Source: a virus. From it: a stretch of 64,000 nt of DNA. A model generated the notes under the pieces. The model saw only the letters and a program-made list of their open reading frames with translations. It had not been told where the DNA came from and ran no database searches. The stretch covers positions 32,001 to 96,000 of the IMG/VR virus record IMGVR_UViG_3300023184_000045. One strand, written 5' to 3'. Position 1 is the stretch's first letter. Every line of letters begins with the position of its first letter. Positions 18,701-28,587 of this stretch are shown one piece after another. The position numbers and the translations under genes are program-made.

Positions 18701-19841
18701 CACATCGATACATAGCTTGAATTAATAACGGATCCAATCTATTAATCTTAGGATCGTTAAACGTGGTAATTATTACAATGTATTGGTCTGACGTTGCATT
18801 AAGTGTTGCGGCTAATTTTTTAGCTTCGTTGGGGTCAACTGACAAATTAAAATTTTTGTTGTATACTAATTTTCCAGTTTCTCTGAATATTTTTGATAAG
18901 TTATATGTGTCAGTTGTGGCTACTAATTTAGTATCTGTTTTACTATTATACACGCCAGCTTGTAAAATTCCGTTAGTGTCTCTAAGGCCGCGCGAAACAG
19001 CACGATAAGAAACATTATCACGCAAGTATAGCTCTAACCATCTATAAGAAAGAGGAGTAAAAGATAATTTTATTTCTTTTTCTCCATCTAAATAAAATTT
19101 TTCTTGATGATCTTTTCTATACCATTTATAAGGTGCTGGTGTTGTGCCAATATGTTTTAATATTGCTGCATTTACTTTTGGTGACAAACAAATGTCTACT
19201 ATATTTAAATATCCTAGTTGTCGAGGGTGAATACCGTCGGGCATGCTTCCTACCCACACACTGTTTAACTCGTACGCGTCGGCTATTAAATCTCCATAGA
19301 TAGCAGCGACTTGCCGCATTGCTATTGCATAAGGTTCTGTATTCCAATAGTAATTAAAGATAGGAGTCTGCCATATCATTTTCTGATCAGCTCGTAGTCC
19401 TTGTCTCAATGCAATTAAGTTATTTTTATATTCAAGGACCGGAATACCAAATTTAGCATCATTTAATCCGTGATTTATTACTACAATATTAGCTTCAATA
19501 GCGTCAGGCCAGGCTTCATTTACGCCGTCGGTGCCATTTAACAAATCGCCACTGGTACTATTGCCTTGCGATCGTGTAGTAATAATAAGTTTATATTGTG
19601 GTAGCAATCGAGTCAATAGCTGGGCAGGTGGCTCGGGGACTCTGGCAGTTATTGTATCTTCATTATTACAGACTCCGCATCTTGGTGCTAAAGAATCGGG
19701 ATCGCGCCCGCACATAATACTATCACCAAACAACTCAATGTGTATAAAGTCGTCAATTGAGGATGAAATTGACGCAACATTCATCCCTATATCGACGGTT
19801 TTAGGTACAATTACCTGGTGATTTGGTACAAGTAAAGCCAA
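15735..19841 (-). CDS. Multi-domain receptor-binding/esterase protein: SGNH hydrolase + ILEI/PANDER + LamG + PA14-like + C-terminal Ig (Big/cadherin-like)
   Basis: All SGNH blocks present: FGDSI, SQGNS, NHGLNDA, DGIHP. ILEI motif RSSYILVGIPGCGKGNGIE. LamG YTIQTWV...VYIDG...FSGYLTHFSIWN. C-terminal QPQHGYV...FAYVPFPDYEGLDSFTYTL. TTG start with GGAGG 7 nt upstream. Confidence 0.8.
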   Translation of the reverse strand: MALLVPNHQVIVPKTVDIGMNVASISSSIDDFIHIELFGDSIMCGRDPDSLAPRCGVCNNEDTITARVPEPPAQLLTRLLPQYKLIITTRSQGNSTSGDLLNGTDGVNEAWPDAIEANIVVINHGLNDAKFGIPVLEYKNNLIALRQGLRADQKMIWQTPIFNYYWNTEPYAIAMRQVAAIYGDLIADAYELNSVWVGSMPDGIHPRQLGYLNIVDICLSPKVNAAILKHIGTTPAPYKWYRKDHQEKFYLDGEKEIKLSFTPLSYRWLELYLRDNVSYRAVSRGLRDTNGILQAGVYNSKTDTKLVATTDTYNLSKIFRETGKLVYNKNFNLSVDPNEAKKLAATLNATSDQYIVIITTFNDPKINRLDPLLIQAMYRCGASEEIFESTLFKIRSSYILVGIPGCGKGNGIEAYGGCNDATDQNTILHNNNVGIVGTNHRERANQYQIVTTTTPNWSTLLNTYSVWESNISGIFENTYTIKTGILDGGSTSGVASGTLTITTLGPLLQLEVNSAADNLIDLIEPTATVTISNNVTFAVPPNRSEMAIKFGTNNTVGFVTVDSSPKINLSFNPTGSYTIQTWVHRTSTKGGVIASKNNEYEIYIEANGKISVAIDWGINAIDEFWYYSTATIYPNVNTFLSVVIENGTTLRVYIDGVLIDTISDIVRTSEASANPLIIGNKKLDATTQFSGYLTHFSIWNVAKTSGDITNDMITTPAESIWTNIEFNNGIIPLIKNLTPVTGAASTEDIVLVGYNVTAADLLKFGITTPINQMRIVESGDYIPWACEFNAEYYFRIGYWIWDVALGVTLPLTETLYHHIYSTSGRNSDSQVGTLVVPDTFTSTSILVFAVGDQLTGMDSVNFTIENITSSLKWNYKYYEWDLFIPKADTYVFSISADSTANLQLQSSSGISGQARNIEIIKTVGSPNDQYSTVNSTAYYIDNCGWYKIKIFAADYNRLIKSKEYYPATKVSNSNWNTLITEYGVWDGNGDYIWEVIIPRSETYTFEFSADGIGSLYIKNKNNLSSDFELIVETNQTEISDNYQNAFISSSFMEASIWIIKITASNIIAQAGIGAVIKDASGNRIWATSSVKEIEYKINGVAATVTNPAGAIIWNTRGVNNLKMIDDFAQMDVCSSYNSYCEINFEIAADGTPFAVDIFPPIPKALDITGNLVPLINPTFYNIVGNVPPVNGTRILNYHYATEKTSAMPFETFNITFDNKIIFKKEVYGIVTVICDTSPDVSVNATVIDIDNIQNYDTFTQRFTRGRWAPGSPDAPTYAKVTNNPVVVDATDTKAINLYNSFLNVRVGVGKYSEPIVISQPQHGYVRITSDRKKFAYVPFPDYEGLDSFTYTLMTQTGQIGPPKCVYIM

Positions 19842-19844
19842 CGG

Positions 19845-22800
19845 TTATCCTCCTTGAATATACCAGGTTACTGGGAATATTCTTCCTTTTTTAGGTACAC
19901 AGAAATGATGTTCGTTAAAGTAAATACGATAATTCCAGTAATCGGTTGTTGCAATTTTTATTGCATCTGCTGAATAGTATTTACTCGCTTTATCCATTGC
20001 ATCCTCGTAGGTTAGATATGCTTTGTCACCAATATATGTATATTCTTTTGTATATTCCATCATTGGCAATGTAGCCGATGAATTAATCAGACCAATTCCT
20101 TGACTTTGATTAGCAAATATACTTATGTATGTATTAAACACGCCGCCAATGTCAATCTGATCAGTGCCCCAGAATACTTCTTGATCTAATTCAAATGTCA
20201 CACGGTAATTTATTAATCTTTCAGCGTCAAGTTCAGGAACAATTTGGTCTGACACTAAATGTTCGTCTTCAACTACCAATTGGAAATTAGTATTGTCTAC
20301 TAGATGTTCGTCTTCGACTATCAGTGGGAATTTGTTAATTGTTAATAAATTTTCAGCATCAAGTTCCGGCGGCAATTCTGGTAGTACCAGATGTTCAGCA
20401 TCAAGTTCCGGCGGCAATTCTGGTAGTACCAGATGTTCAATTTCCATTTCTAGTGGAAAAGATTTAAATGTTGTAATTGATTCAATTTCCAATTCTGCCA
20501 ATGGTCTATTTGTTACTCCGTGTTCAAATTCTAATACTGGTGGCAGGTCTTGGAATACTAAATGTTCATTGTCTAAATTCATTGATGGCATGTTACCTGC
20601 TAATACCGTTTCAAATTCTAATACTGGTGGCAGGTCTTGGAATACTAAATGTTCATTGTCTAAATTCATTGATGGCATGTTACCTGCTAATACCGTTTCA
20701 AATTCTAATTCTATATTAGGTGCTAGTGTATCAATGATTGTTTCAATGTCTAATACCGGCGGTAAGGCCTTTGTTATTAAATGTTCAACGTCTATTTCTA
20801 CTGTAGAGGACGCAAATAGTTCGCTAAAAGTAGCTGCCCCTGTTGATAAAGGTGCATTAAACATCTCTGTTATTTGAGGTATTAATACTATATCCATTTG
20901 TGTTAGCGATTCAGATTGATGCAAATCTGGATTAGATTCAATTTTATCGCTTACGTTAATGGTATAGTTTGATTCGCTGATAACATCCCCAGTCTGGTGT
21001 GTGTTTAACGTCATTGGTACTGTTATTGATGTCTCAAACATCTTAATGTTTCTTTCAGTAACAAAAGTATACTCCACTGGGAACGCAGCCGGGCTAGCAT
21101 AACTATATGGGAAATTTAATACATTTTTAAGTGGCGCAATTTTTAGATACGAATACTTCATACCAATTGCAGCAACAAACTTAAACGGTTTAACATACGA
21201 GTAATTTTTGTCCAAAATAGACATATACTTGTCTGACTTTAAGTACGAGTAATTTTTAGTTAAAGCAGATTTATATGTATCCGACTCAATATACGAATAT
21301 AAAGCATACGGTATTGATGCGTAAGGAATTGATTTAAGTAACGAATATGTTGATCCGGGCGCTGCCGTATATGCGTTAGATTTTAAGTAGGCATAGGTTG
21401 CACCCAGTGCTGCCGTATATGCATTGGATTTTAAGTAGGCATAGGTTGCACCCAGTGCTGCCGTATATGCATTGGATTTAAACAAAGAATAATTTGCGCT
21501 TGGTACCGCTGTATATGCATTGGATTTAAACAAAGAATAATTTGAACCCAATGCTGCTGTATATGAATTAGATTTTAAGTAGGCATAGGTTGCACTCAGT
21601 GCTGCTGTATATGCTTTGGATTTTAAGTAGGCATAGGTTGAACCCAATGCTGCTGTATATGAATTAGATTTTAAGTAGGCATAGGTTGAACCCAATGCTG
21701 CTGTATATGAATTAGATTTTAAGTAGGCATAGGTTACACTTGGTGCCGCTGTATATGCTTTGGATTTTAAGTAGGCATAATTTGAACTCAATACTGCTTT
21801 GTATGCTTTGTATTTTAAGTAGGCATGATTTGCACTTAACAATGCTGCGGTGTACGTAATTGATTTAGCAAGTGAAGCTACAGAAAAAAGATTAGATACT
21901 AAAGGATTTTTAAAAACTGATGTTGCTGATAGCACTAATTTTGTGTTTAACTTGATACCAAATAAATTTACAGTTGATAATACAATATTCTTTTTAGGCG
22001 CAAAGCCTGTAGTCCAATTTGAAATAGCAGGCATCCGTGGTATATTTTTTATAGAAGTATTGTTGTCAATTAAATTAGTGGTTAACTTTTTTAATGCCAG
22101 TAATTGGTCTTGATCAACTACTGGCATAAGGGTAGATAGATTGTTAATGTTTTTTAACTCTGGTATTTCTGGGGTTAATAAAGTGTTGACTAAATTTGTT
22201 TGTGGTAACATTGATTGTGGTGCGCTAATAACTTTATTTTGCATGTTCCAAATACCAATTGGTATATAGACATTGCTTGATATAGCTGAATCAAATTTAA
22301 CTTGATAAATTGTAACTGGCGGCTCAGAATAATTAGCAATCAAGCGCGATATTGATATTTTGTTGCCATTGGTAACATTTGTTACATAACTACCTTTATC
22401 TACTCCGTCAATTAATATATTGGCATAAAGCGTATCAATATATAAATTACCAATGACTGTAGTACTTGCGGCCAATGTTATTTGGCTTGTAACAATGACT
22501 TCATTGGTAACTGTTACTGCATAATCAACTGTAGTATAAGTTTGTTGTCTAGCATAAGGATCAATTAAAGTTCCAAAATTTAAATAATCAAATACAGGAT
22601 TTTTTCTTGTTCTAACAGATATACGCAATGCTTGCGACGAACTGGTAATTATTATATCTCGCGAATCGTAAATAGCAAACGAAGTTATGATATTATCAAC
22701 ATCAATTTGGTCGCCGGCATTAAAATAATAATACTGCCCAGGAACAAGCCGTTGTCTGAATACATCTAAATTTGTCAGATAAAATTGAAGATCGTTGCCC

Positions 22801-25800
22801 GCATTGCTAACTTTTCTGTAATATTCTGGTATATAATACAAATCATCTATTGGTACAATTGCTGTTGCACTCATGTAAATGCCAAGGTCCTGGTCATCGT
22901 ACAAAAATAAAGTTTCAAAAATTGGATTTATTGCAGCATCTGACACCATTGGCAATACAATTTGTAATTCTGCAATACTAAGCATAGGTGCAACAACACT
23001 CAACGATAAATTATACGGAATAGTTAAAGAAATTACATCATTTTTTTGCAAGTATCTTGTACCAGTATAATCTGCACCGTTGACCGTAAGTTGCCCAAAA
23101 CTTGAAGCAATTAGAACATTGGCCCCAATTGGAAAATCTTGTGCTACAAAAAGTTCAACTTTGGATTCATTAGAGAATAATGGGGTCGATTTAAAAATTT
23201 CAAGTTGACCGTACGGAACATACCCTGAAGAATTTTCTGTAAAACCGCCTGCACCTAATAGGCTCCATTTTCCGTCGGCTATATCACTAGTGAATAACAC
23301 ACTAGTTTGAGTAGATGCGTGAGTTGAAATTGATGCACGTACCGAATCGTCTGATGAAATACCAATAATTCTAGACTGTGTATGATTATCGTTGTTATAA
23401 AAAAATTCTGCATATTGATAAGACAAACCACTATAAAATCCCACTTCGTAAGTACGTTCAATTAATGGAATTTTTGTTTTAAATAACAACGATGTGCCAG
23501 ATGATAATGTTTGAGGAGTATCAATGATTACAACTTGTTGTTGTATATTCAGTGGGCCTGTTATCAAATTGGCAACGCTATTAAGTGTTAATTCATCAAT
23601 TGAAAATCGAACAGTATCATTTGTAGAAATATATTGAGCAGTTATAGCACTTGCAAAATTTATTGCAGTAGTTGTAGTATTGAATTGATCGTTGACGCTA
23701 ACTGTTAAATTAGTATCAAATACTAATGCATAGTCAGTTGATACTATTTTCTTTTGTAAGATATAAACGTCATACAAAGGTACGTATTGATTTTCGTAAA
23801 CTTTATCGTAATCGGTTTGACTAACATATACCGTATTAGTTTCAGCAGGCACTCCGGTTATAGTTATAGTGTTTGTTGTAGAATTTATGCTTGTTACATT
23901 GGTTATATCAGTGGTTGTTGCCGGATGCGACAATAAAAGCATTGTAGCTGTTGCTGCAACAGCAGCCGACGGTATTCCATTTAAATCACTTAATTGTGCC
24001 TTTTTAAACGACTGAGTGGGTACAGCAAAGTCTGCTGTATACACTGCAACTCCTGCTACCAATCTAAGATTTGATATATACCCTTGAAAGTATTTTGCCG
24101 GTGCTGAATTATTATAACCAATGGATGCAGCAGTCATTGAGTTGTTCCATGTTCCTGCTAACGTCACACTGCCAACATTGACACCATCAAGATACACATT
24201 CATTGTATCATCTACATTAACAAAAGCAATATGAGCCCAATTATTTTTATTAGGTATTGTAGCAGATAAAAATGTATAGGTACTAACGGATCTATTACTA
24301 AACAAATACCCAGTGCTTGTTATAGACCAAATCATATTACCAGATGGTCCCATTGCAGACACTATCGGAATTGCAGTACTAATAGAATTTCCTGCACCTG
24401 GGTCGCTAGTTCTATATATCCAACATTCAATGGTGTAATTACTTTCAGTGCTAGTCCCCAAATTGTTTACTATCCAAGCCGGAAAACTTAAATATTGGTT
24501 AGTGCCATTGAATGTATATCTCCCAATTATACCAATTGGGCCTGCCGTTGTTAATCCAACACCGCCATAATTTATTATTTCTGCAGCATTGTCCGATCTA
24601 TCTATTATAATCCCAATGTTATCCACAGTTGTGGCTAGCATTTCAGTGCCGGTTAGTGCCCCTTCCTGAATAATTCTAGCACTAGGAGTTCCGTTAATGT
24701 TAGGTTCTTGCACAGCAGTCAATGGTATTGTTGACGGAGTAAAATCTGCTGTATAAACTTTTACATTATTGACTAAACGAAAATTACTTATATATCCATT
24801 GAAATATAGAGCATTTCTAACTATATCTAATCCAAATGTATAAGTAGCTTGAGTTGCATATGTGCTTCGATTAATCAACGTAAATTCAGATGTTCCAATA
24901 CCATCAACATACATTTTAGATGTTTCTGTAGTCAACGAATCATTGATATTATTTCTACCACCAACTATGGCAATATGAACCCATGTATTAATTGGAATAA
25001 TAGATGTAGTGAATAATTGGCTAGTGACGCCAATTGGACAATCTATTAGAATTTGTCCTGTACCAGGTGCCCTAAAAAGTGCCCACTTTTGGAGAGTGAC
25101 CATTCCAGGGTCAACAGACAATATACATTGAATAGTAGTATCATTAGTTACATAACACCAAAATTCTATAGTCCAACAGAACACTCCTGCGGCTACTGTA
25201 CCACCGAGACTTGCATCAAAGCGATTTGCACCATTAAACAACATACTACCAGTATTTGCAAACGGACCAAACGATGTTGGAATACAAGAATAAGTAGAAC
25301 TAGATATTGTTGGGCCTGTCCGACCTTTGTTAATAAAACCAGATAATGTTTTAGTAGGTAAATTTGGAAGACCAATTACATAATCAGCAGTAATAGAGTT
25401 ATCAATTGCGCCATCAACATATAAAGTAGTTGCAGCCGGGTTTACATATAATAATCTATCTGCGGTTGGTATTCCTGTTCTATAGTACCGTGAAGAAGTT
25501 GTTGCAGTTAGTGTATGATTTACTGTAGCCAATACATTTGATACCGTTGATGCTGTTTGTAGTGTTGTTATATCAAAGTCTGGAGTTGCCAATATAATTT
25601 TATTATTACCAGCATCAATTTTTCTTGCTACAACATGATATAATATACCCAGCTCGTATGCTGAAACACGAGTTGAAACTGTAATTCCTGTCCCACTGAC
25701 ATAGTCGCCGACATTTGTACTTGATGTGTTAGATACTATTAATCTAGTTGATGATGTTATACTTGACAATAACGAAACTAGGTTACCAGCTGGGTATGGC

Positions 25801-28532
25801 TGTGTTTCAATTCCCACCCAACGAAGTCTAAAATAGTTAAAATCATTCAAGCTGCCCGACGCATAGTACAAGCCGGGCGCAAGTATTGTTCTATTAAAAG
25901 GTACTTGAGTACTTTCAACACAATTTCCATTATTAATAATTGTTTGCCTATAACTACTAGTATCTACAAAATTATTTGTTAACAATAAACTTGTTTGTGA
26001 TACTAATGGTATAGCTGCACTTGGATATCCATCAACATTTGATTGCTGGGTGATAGCCAATCTTTCTGTCGCAGGAGTAAAATTTGCGGTATAAACTGCC
26101 ACACCATTAACAATGCGAATATTAAATAGATATCCATTTAAATATCCACTCCCTGAAACATTTGCCCCTATAACAATTCTAGTAGATACGTAATTATTAT
26201 TATCTGTGTACGTTGATCCTTCGCGGTCACCATTTAAAAACATGTTTGTGTCATTGCTATTTTTGGTAACAGCCACGTGGTACCAAATACCAGTTGAAAG
26301 TATGGTAGTCCCTGTTATTCTATCAATTCCGTTTACATAATATCGAAGACGGCTAGAAGTTATATATATTGTCGGTACAACTTCTGTAGGGTACGTAGCT
26401 CGATGATCTACAATTGTCTGAGTTCCAGAAACGCTATTAAATTTAACCCAAAATTCTATAGTAAAGTTATTATTTCCGTATGTAAATTGTGGGGCTGGTG
26501 CAGACACTTGAGTATATAAGTACTGGGCGGTTCCATTGAATTCCATGCTAACATCTTTACCTCCAATTGGCAACGGTCCAATATTTGCAGGATCAGAGTT
26601 GTCTATTACTGTGCCCATATACATATTAGTTAATTCTTCTATGTAAAAACAGTCAACATTTAAGTTGCCAAATTCAACCGGGCCATTGGCTCTGACAAAA
26701 TTATCAAACGTAATATACCCATCAGTTGACACATTTATGTCAGAGTATATATTTCCGTACATAACCCAATCAAATCCCAGTGGCAGGTGAGTTACTACTC
26801 CAGTATCCACTGTACCAAAATTTACAGTTGATGCTACTGTAATGTTTGTTAAGGTGCTAAATTGATTTAGCCTATTAGGTGCTACAGTATTTTTTAAAAA
26901 ATAGTCAGCGGACTTTGTTGACGATACTACAGTAAAATCGCAATCAAATGCTGTGTCACCTAAAATAACAGATCTTCTGAAGATACCGTTGGTGTACCCC
27001 CTAAAACTAATTCCAAAATAATCGTTACTGTTTAGACCAAATACATTATTTGTACCCGACAGGCCATTAACCCAATAAGTTAAATCACGGCTGGTAACAG
27101 GGGTTATATTTTCTTCGCCTAGCATTTTTATCTGCACAGGGGTAGTACCAATATTTGTTCTAGGACCCGGTTTACTGGATAATTGCACAGGTATTACTTT
27201 TCTAATTCCAGTTAGATCTAACGTCACAAACTCTTGTAAATAATGAACTGCCAAGTAGCTGCTGTTTACTACAGAAATTACAGTAACTTTATTATTAAAT
27301 TCTAATACCTCAATTCGTTTAGTACTACCAGCTGTTATATTATTATTTGGACTAGTAATTCGATATACTTGATTATTGTCGTGTCCAGTAACCCATAAAT
27401 TTTTTCCAAACTCTCTGACATACGCGGGTGCCATGTCTGGCGTTGCAAAATATGATATGGCTAGTGTACCTGCCTCAATTAATATCAACCGTTGATTGTT
27501 AGGGTCGGGTATTGCCACTAAACTATCATTATTAACATTTCCTGCTATGCCTAAAGCCTCAACAGTCATTAATAAAGTAAAATCACCCAATTCAGATATA
27601 TGATATACTTCGCCTAATTTAGTTACTCCAATAGCATCTGCACCAAGGCATGCAATACTAATAAATTTTGCAAACTGTTTTGAAAATTTTCCCACTACGT
27701 TAAACTGATTATCAGTGACAAACACTGTATCAAGCCCTGCTATCCATATACGTGTATTACTTGAATTCACCGACATTGTTTTTATTGGTGGATTTATTTT
27801 TGATTGATAATAACTGCGACGAGCATCAAGATAACTTTGCCCGCTGGGAGTGTCAGAATCAAACCATAATGCTTCTAATGAATTAACAGGAAGAACTGTT
27901 GGAGTATATGTGCCGCTATAGTAATATCGATGGTTAAATATTATGCGATACATTTTTCTGTTTCCGCAGAGTATCAACGCCTCAACTGTTTCTTTTCCGG
28001 TAAGTGGGTCAGTAACACGTAGTTTACTATATTCAATTGGACCAGCAGGAAGGCCAACTCTAGTGAATAATACTTGTTTGTCAGAATAAAAATAAACTGC
28101 ATCATTTATATGATCAAGTACAATATGAGTACGCTCCATATCAATTTGATTATAATTAAAACCAAATTCGCGCTGTTTATCTTCGCCATAAAATGTAATT
28201 AAAAATTTTCCTGGTACATAGTTATACCAAGATTTTCCTGCGTCGCCAGGTTTAACTGTAGGAGTATAACTATTTTTATTAACTACAGCAAAAGAATGAG
28301 TTTTAAAATCAAGTTGATACTCGTAAAATGTGTAGTCTAAGTATCCCGGAGGAGAGGTAACAGTAGCTTCGACATAATCAGTGATATTTAATTTAATTGG
28401 TCTAGTATTTGTTACCGTACCATTTATTGATACTGTGACATTTGACCATATATTAAACGTTTGATATTTGTCTGAATAAAAATTTACTGTAATAGGGCTA
28501 TTGGGGGCGCATGCCGAAACGCTGCTGAACAT
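19845..28532 (-). CDS. Giant (~2,900 aa) virion protein: N-terminal beta-propeller-like region, three LamG domains, basic Tyr-rich and acidic tandem repeats
   Basis: Three LamG units (FxIEFWV..WxHVA..FxGYISNxRxVxxVAVYTAxF) at ~23930-26550. The likely start is ATG 28532 (GGAGG 5 nt upstream) rather than the TTG at 28544. Confidence 0.8.
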   Translation of the reverse strand: MFSSVSACAPNSPITVNFYSDKYQTFNIWSNVTVSINGTVTNTRPIKLNITDYVEATVTSPPGYLDYTFYEYQLDFKTHSFAVVNKNSYTPTVKPGDAGKSWYNYVPGKFLITFYGEDKQREFGFNYNQIDMERTHIVLDHINDAVYFYSDKQVLFTRVGLPAGPIEYSKLRVTDPLTGKETVEALILCGNRKMYRIIFNHRYYYSGTYTPTVLPVNSLEALWFDSDTPSGQSYLDARRSYYQSKINPPIKTMSVNSSNTRIWIAGLDTVFVTDNQFNVVGKFSKQFAKFISIACLGADAIGVTKLGEVYHISELGDFTLLMTVEALGIAGNVNNDSLVAIPDPNNQRLILIEAGTLAISYFATPDMAPAYVREFGKNLWVTGHDNNQVYRITSPNNNITAGSTKRIEVLEFNNKVTVISVVNSSYLAVHYLQEFVTLDLTGIRKVIPVQLSSKPGPRTNIGTTPVQIKMLGEENITPVTSRDLTYWVNGLSGTNNVFGLNSNDYFGISFRGYTNGIFRRSVILGDTAFDCDFTVVSSTKSADYFLKNTVAPNRLNQFSTLTNITVASTVNFGTVDTGVVTHLPLGFDWVMYGNIYSDINVSTDGYITFDNFVRANGPVEFGNLNVDCFYIEELTNMYMGTVIDNSDPANIGPLPIGGKDVSMEFNGTAQYLYTQVSAPAPQFTYGNNNFTIEFWVKFNSVSGTQTIVDHRATYPTEVVPTIYITSSRLRYYVNGIDRITGTTILSTGIWYHVAVTKNSNDTNMFLNGDREGSTYTDNNNYVSTRIVIGANVSGSGYLNGYLFNIRIVNGVAVYTANFTPATERLAITQQSNVDGYPSAAIPLVSQTSLLLTNNFVDTSSYRQTIINNGNCVESTQVPFNRTILAPGLYYASGSLNDFNYFRLRWVGIETQPYPAGNLVSLLSSITSSTRLIVSNTSSTNVGDYVSGTGITVSTRVSAYELGILYHVVARKIDAGNNKIILATPDFDITTLQTASTVSNVLATVNHTLTATTSSRYYRTGIPTADRLLYVNPAATTLYVDGAIDNSITADYVIGLPNLPTKTLSGFINKGRTGPTISSSTYSCIPTSFGPFANTGSMLFNGANRFDASLGGTVAAGVFCWTIEFWCYVTNDTTIQCILSVDPGMVTLQKWALFRAPGTGQILIDCPIGVTSQLFTTSIIPINTWVHIAIVGGRNNINDSLTTETSKMYVDGIGTSEFTLINRSTYATQATYTFGLDIVRNALYFNGYISNFRLVNNVKVYTADFTPSTIPLTAVQEPNINGTPSARIIQEGALTGTEMLATTVDNIGIIIDRSDNAAEIINYGGVGLTTAGPIGIIGRYTFNGTNQYLSFPAWIVNNLGTSTESNYTIECWIYRTSDPGAGNSISTAIPIVSAMGPSGNMIWSITSTGYLFSNRSVSTYTFLSATIPNKNNWAHIAFVNVDDTMNVYLDGVNVGSVTLAGTWNNSMTAASIGYNNSAPAKYFQGYISNLRLVAGVAVYTADFAVPTQSFKKAQLSDLNGIPSAAVAATATMLLLSHPATTTDITNVTSINSTTNTITITGVPAETNTVYVSQTDYDKVYENQYVPLYDVYILQKKIVSTDYALVFDTNLTVSVNDQFNTTTTAINFASAITAQYISTNDTVRFSIDELTLNSVANLITGPLNIQQQVVIIDTPQTLSSGTSLLFKTKIPLIERTYEVGFYSGLSYQYAEFFYNNDNHTQSRIIGISSDDSVRASISTHASTQTSVLFTSDIADGKWSLLGAGGFTENSSGYVPYGQLEIFKSTPLFSNESKVELFVAQDFPIGANVLIASSFGQLTVNGADYTGTRYLQKNDVISLTIPYNLSLSVVAPMLSIAELQIVLPMVSDAAINPIFETLFLYDDQDLGIYMSATAIVPIDDLYYIPEYYRKVSNAGNDLQFYLTNLDVFRQRLVPGQYYYFNAGDQIDVDNIITSFAIYDSRDIIITSSSQALRISVRTRKNPVFDYLNFGTLIDPYARQQTYTTVDYAVTVTNEVIVTSQITLAASTTVIGNLYIDTLYANILIDGVDKGSYVTNVTNGNKISISRLIANYSEPPVTIYQVKFDSAISSNVYIPIGIWNMQNKVISAPQSMLPQTNLVNTLLTPEIPELKNINNLSTLMPVVDQDQLLALKKLTTNLIDNNTSIKNIPRMPAISNWTTGFAPKKNIVLSTVNLFGIKLNTKLVLSATSVFKNPLVSNLFSVASLAKSITYTAALLSANHAYLKYKAYKAVLSSNYAYLKSKAYTAAPSVTYAYLKSNSYTAALGSTYAYLKSNSYTAALGSTYAYLKSKAYTAALSATYAYLKSNSYTAALGSNYSLFKSNAYTAVPSANYSLFKSNAYTAALGATYAYLKSNAYTAALGATYAYLKSNAYTAAPGSTYSLLKSIPYASIPYALYSYIESDTYKSALTKNYSYLKSDKYMSILDKNYSYVKPFKFVAAIGMKYSYLKIAPLKNVLNFPYSYASPAAFPVEYTFVTERNIKMFETSITVPMTLNTHQTGDVISESNYTINVSDKIESNPDLHQSESLTQMDIVLIPQITEMFNAPLSTGAATFSELFASSTVEIDVEHLITKALPPVLDIETIIDTLAPNIELEFETVLAGNMPSMNLDNEHLVFQDLPPVLEFETVLAGNMPSMNLDNEHLVFQDLPPVLEFEHGVTNRPLAELEIESITTFKSFPLEMEIEHLVLPELPPELDAEHLVLPELPPELDAENLLTINKFPLIVEDEHLVDNTNFQLVVEDEHLVSDQIVPELDAERLINYRVTFELDQEVFWGTDQIDIGGVFNTYISIFANQSQGIGLINSSATLPMMEYTKEYTYIGDKAYLTYEDAMDKASKYYSADAIKIATTDYWNYRIYFNEHHFCVPKKGRIFPVTWYIQGG
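20352..20439. repeat. Exact 42-nt tandem duplication (EHLVLPELPPELDA x2)
   Basis: Identical units begin at 20352 and 20394. Confidence 0.95.
20523..20708. repeat. Exact 87-nt tandem duplication (ETVLAGNMPSMNLDNEHLVFQDLPPVLEF x2)
   Basis: ttcaaattctaa recurs at 20523, 20610 and 20697. Confidence 0.95.
21120..21860 (-). repeat. Coding 48-nt (16-aa) tandem array, consensus YTAALGSTYAYLKSNx, about 11 good and 5 degenerate units
   Basis: The unit ttttaagtaggcataggttgcacccagtgctgccgtatatgcattgga repeats in frame with no unique spacers. Confidence 0.9.
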
Positions 28533-28587
28533 CATGCCCTCCAATATATTGTATCATTTCCACTATGTAATGTTTTGTAAATTTAGA

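Noticed and set aside
21340-21850. CRISPR-like periodic array
   Set aside because: The 48-nt units are contiguous and in frame, with no unique spacers, no leader and no cas genes; it is a coding repeat.
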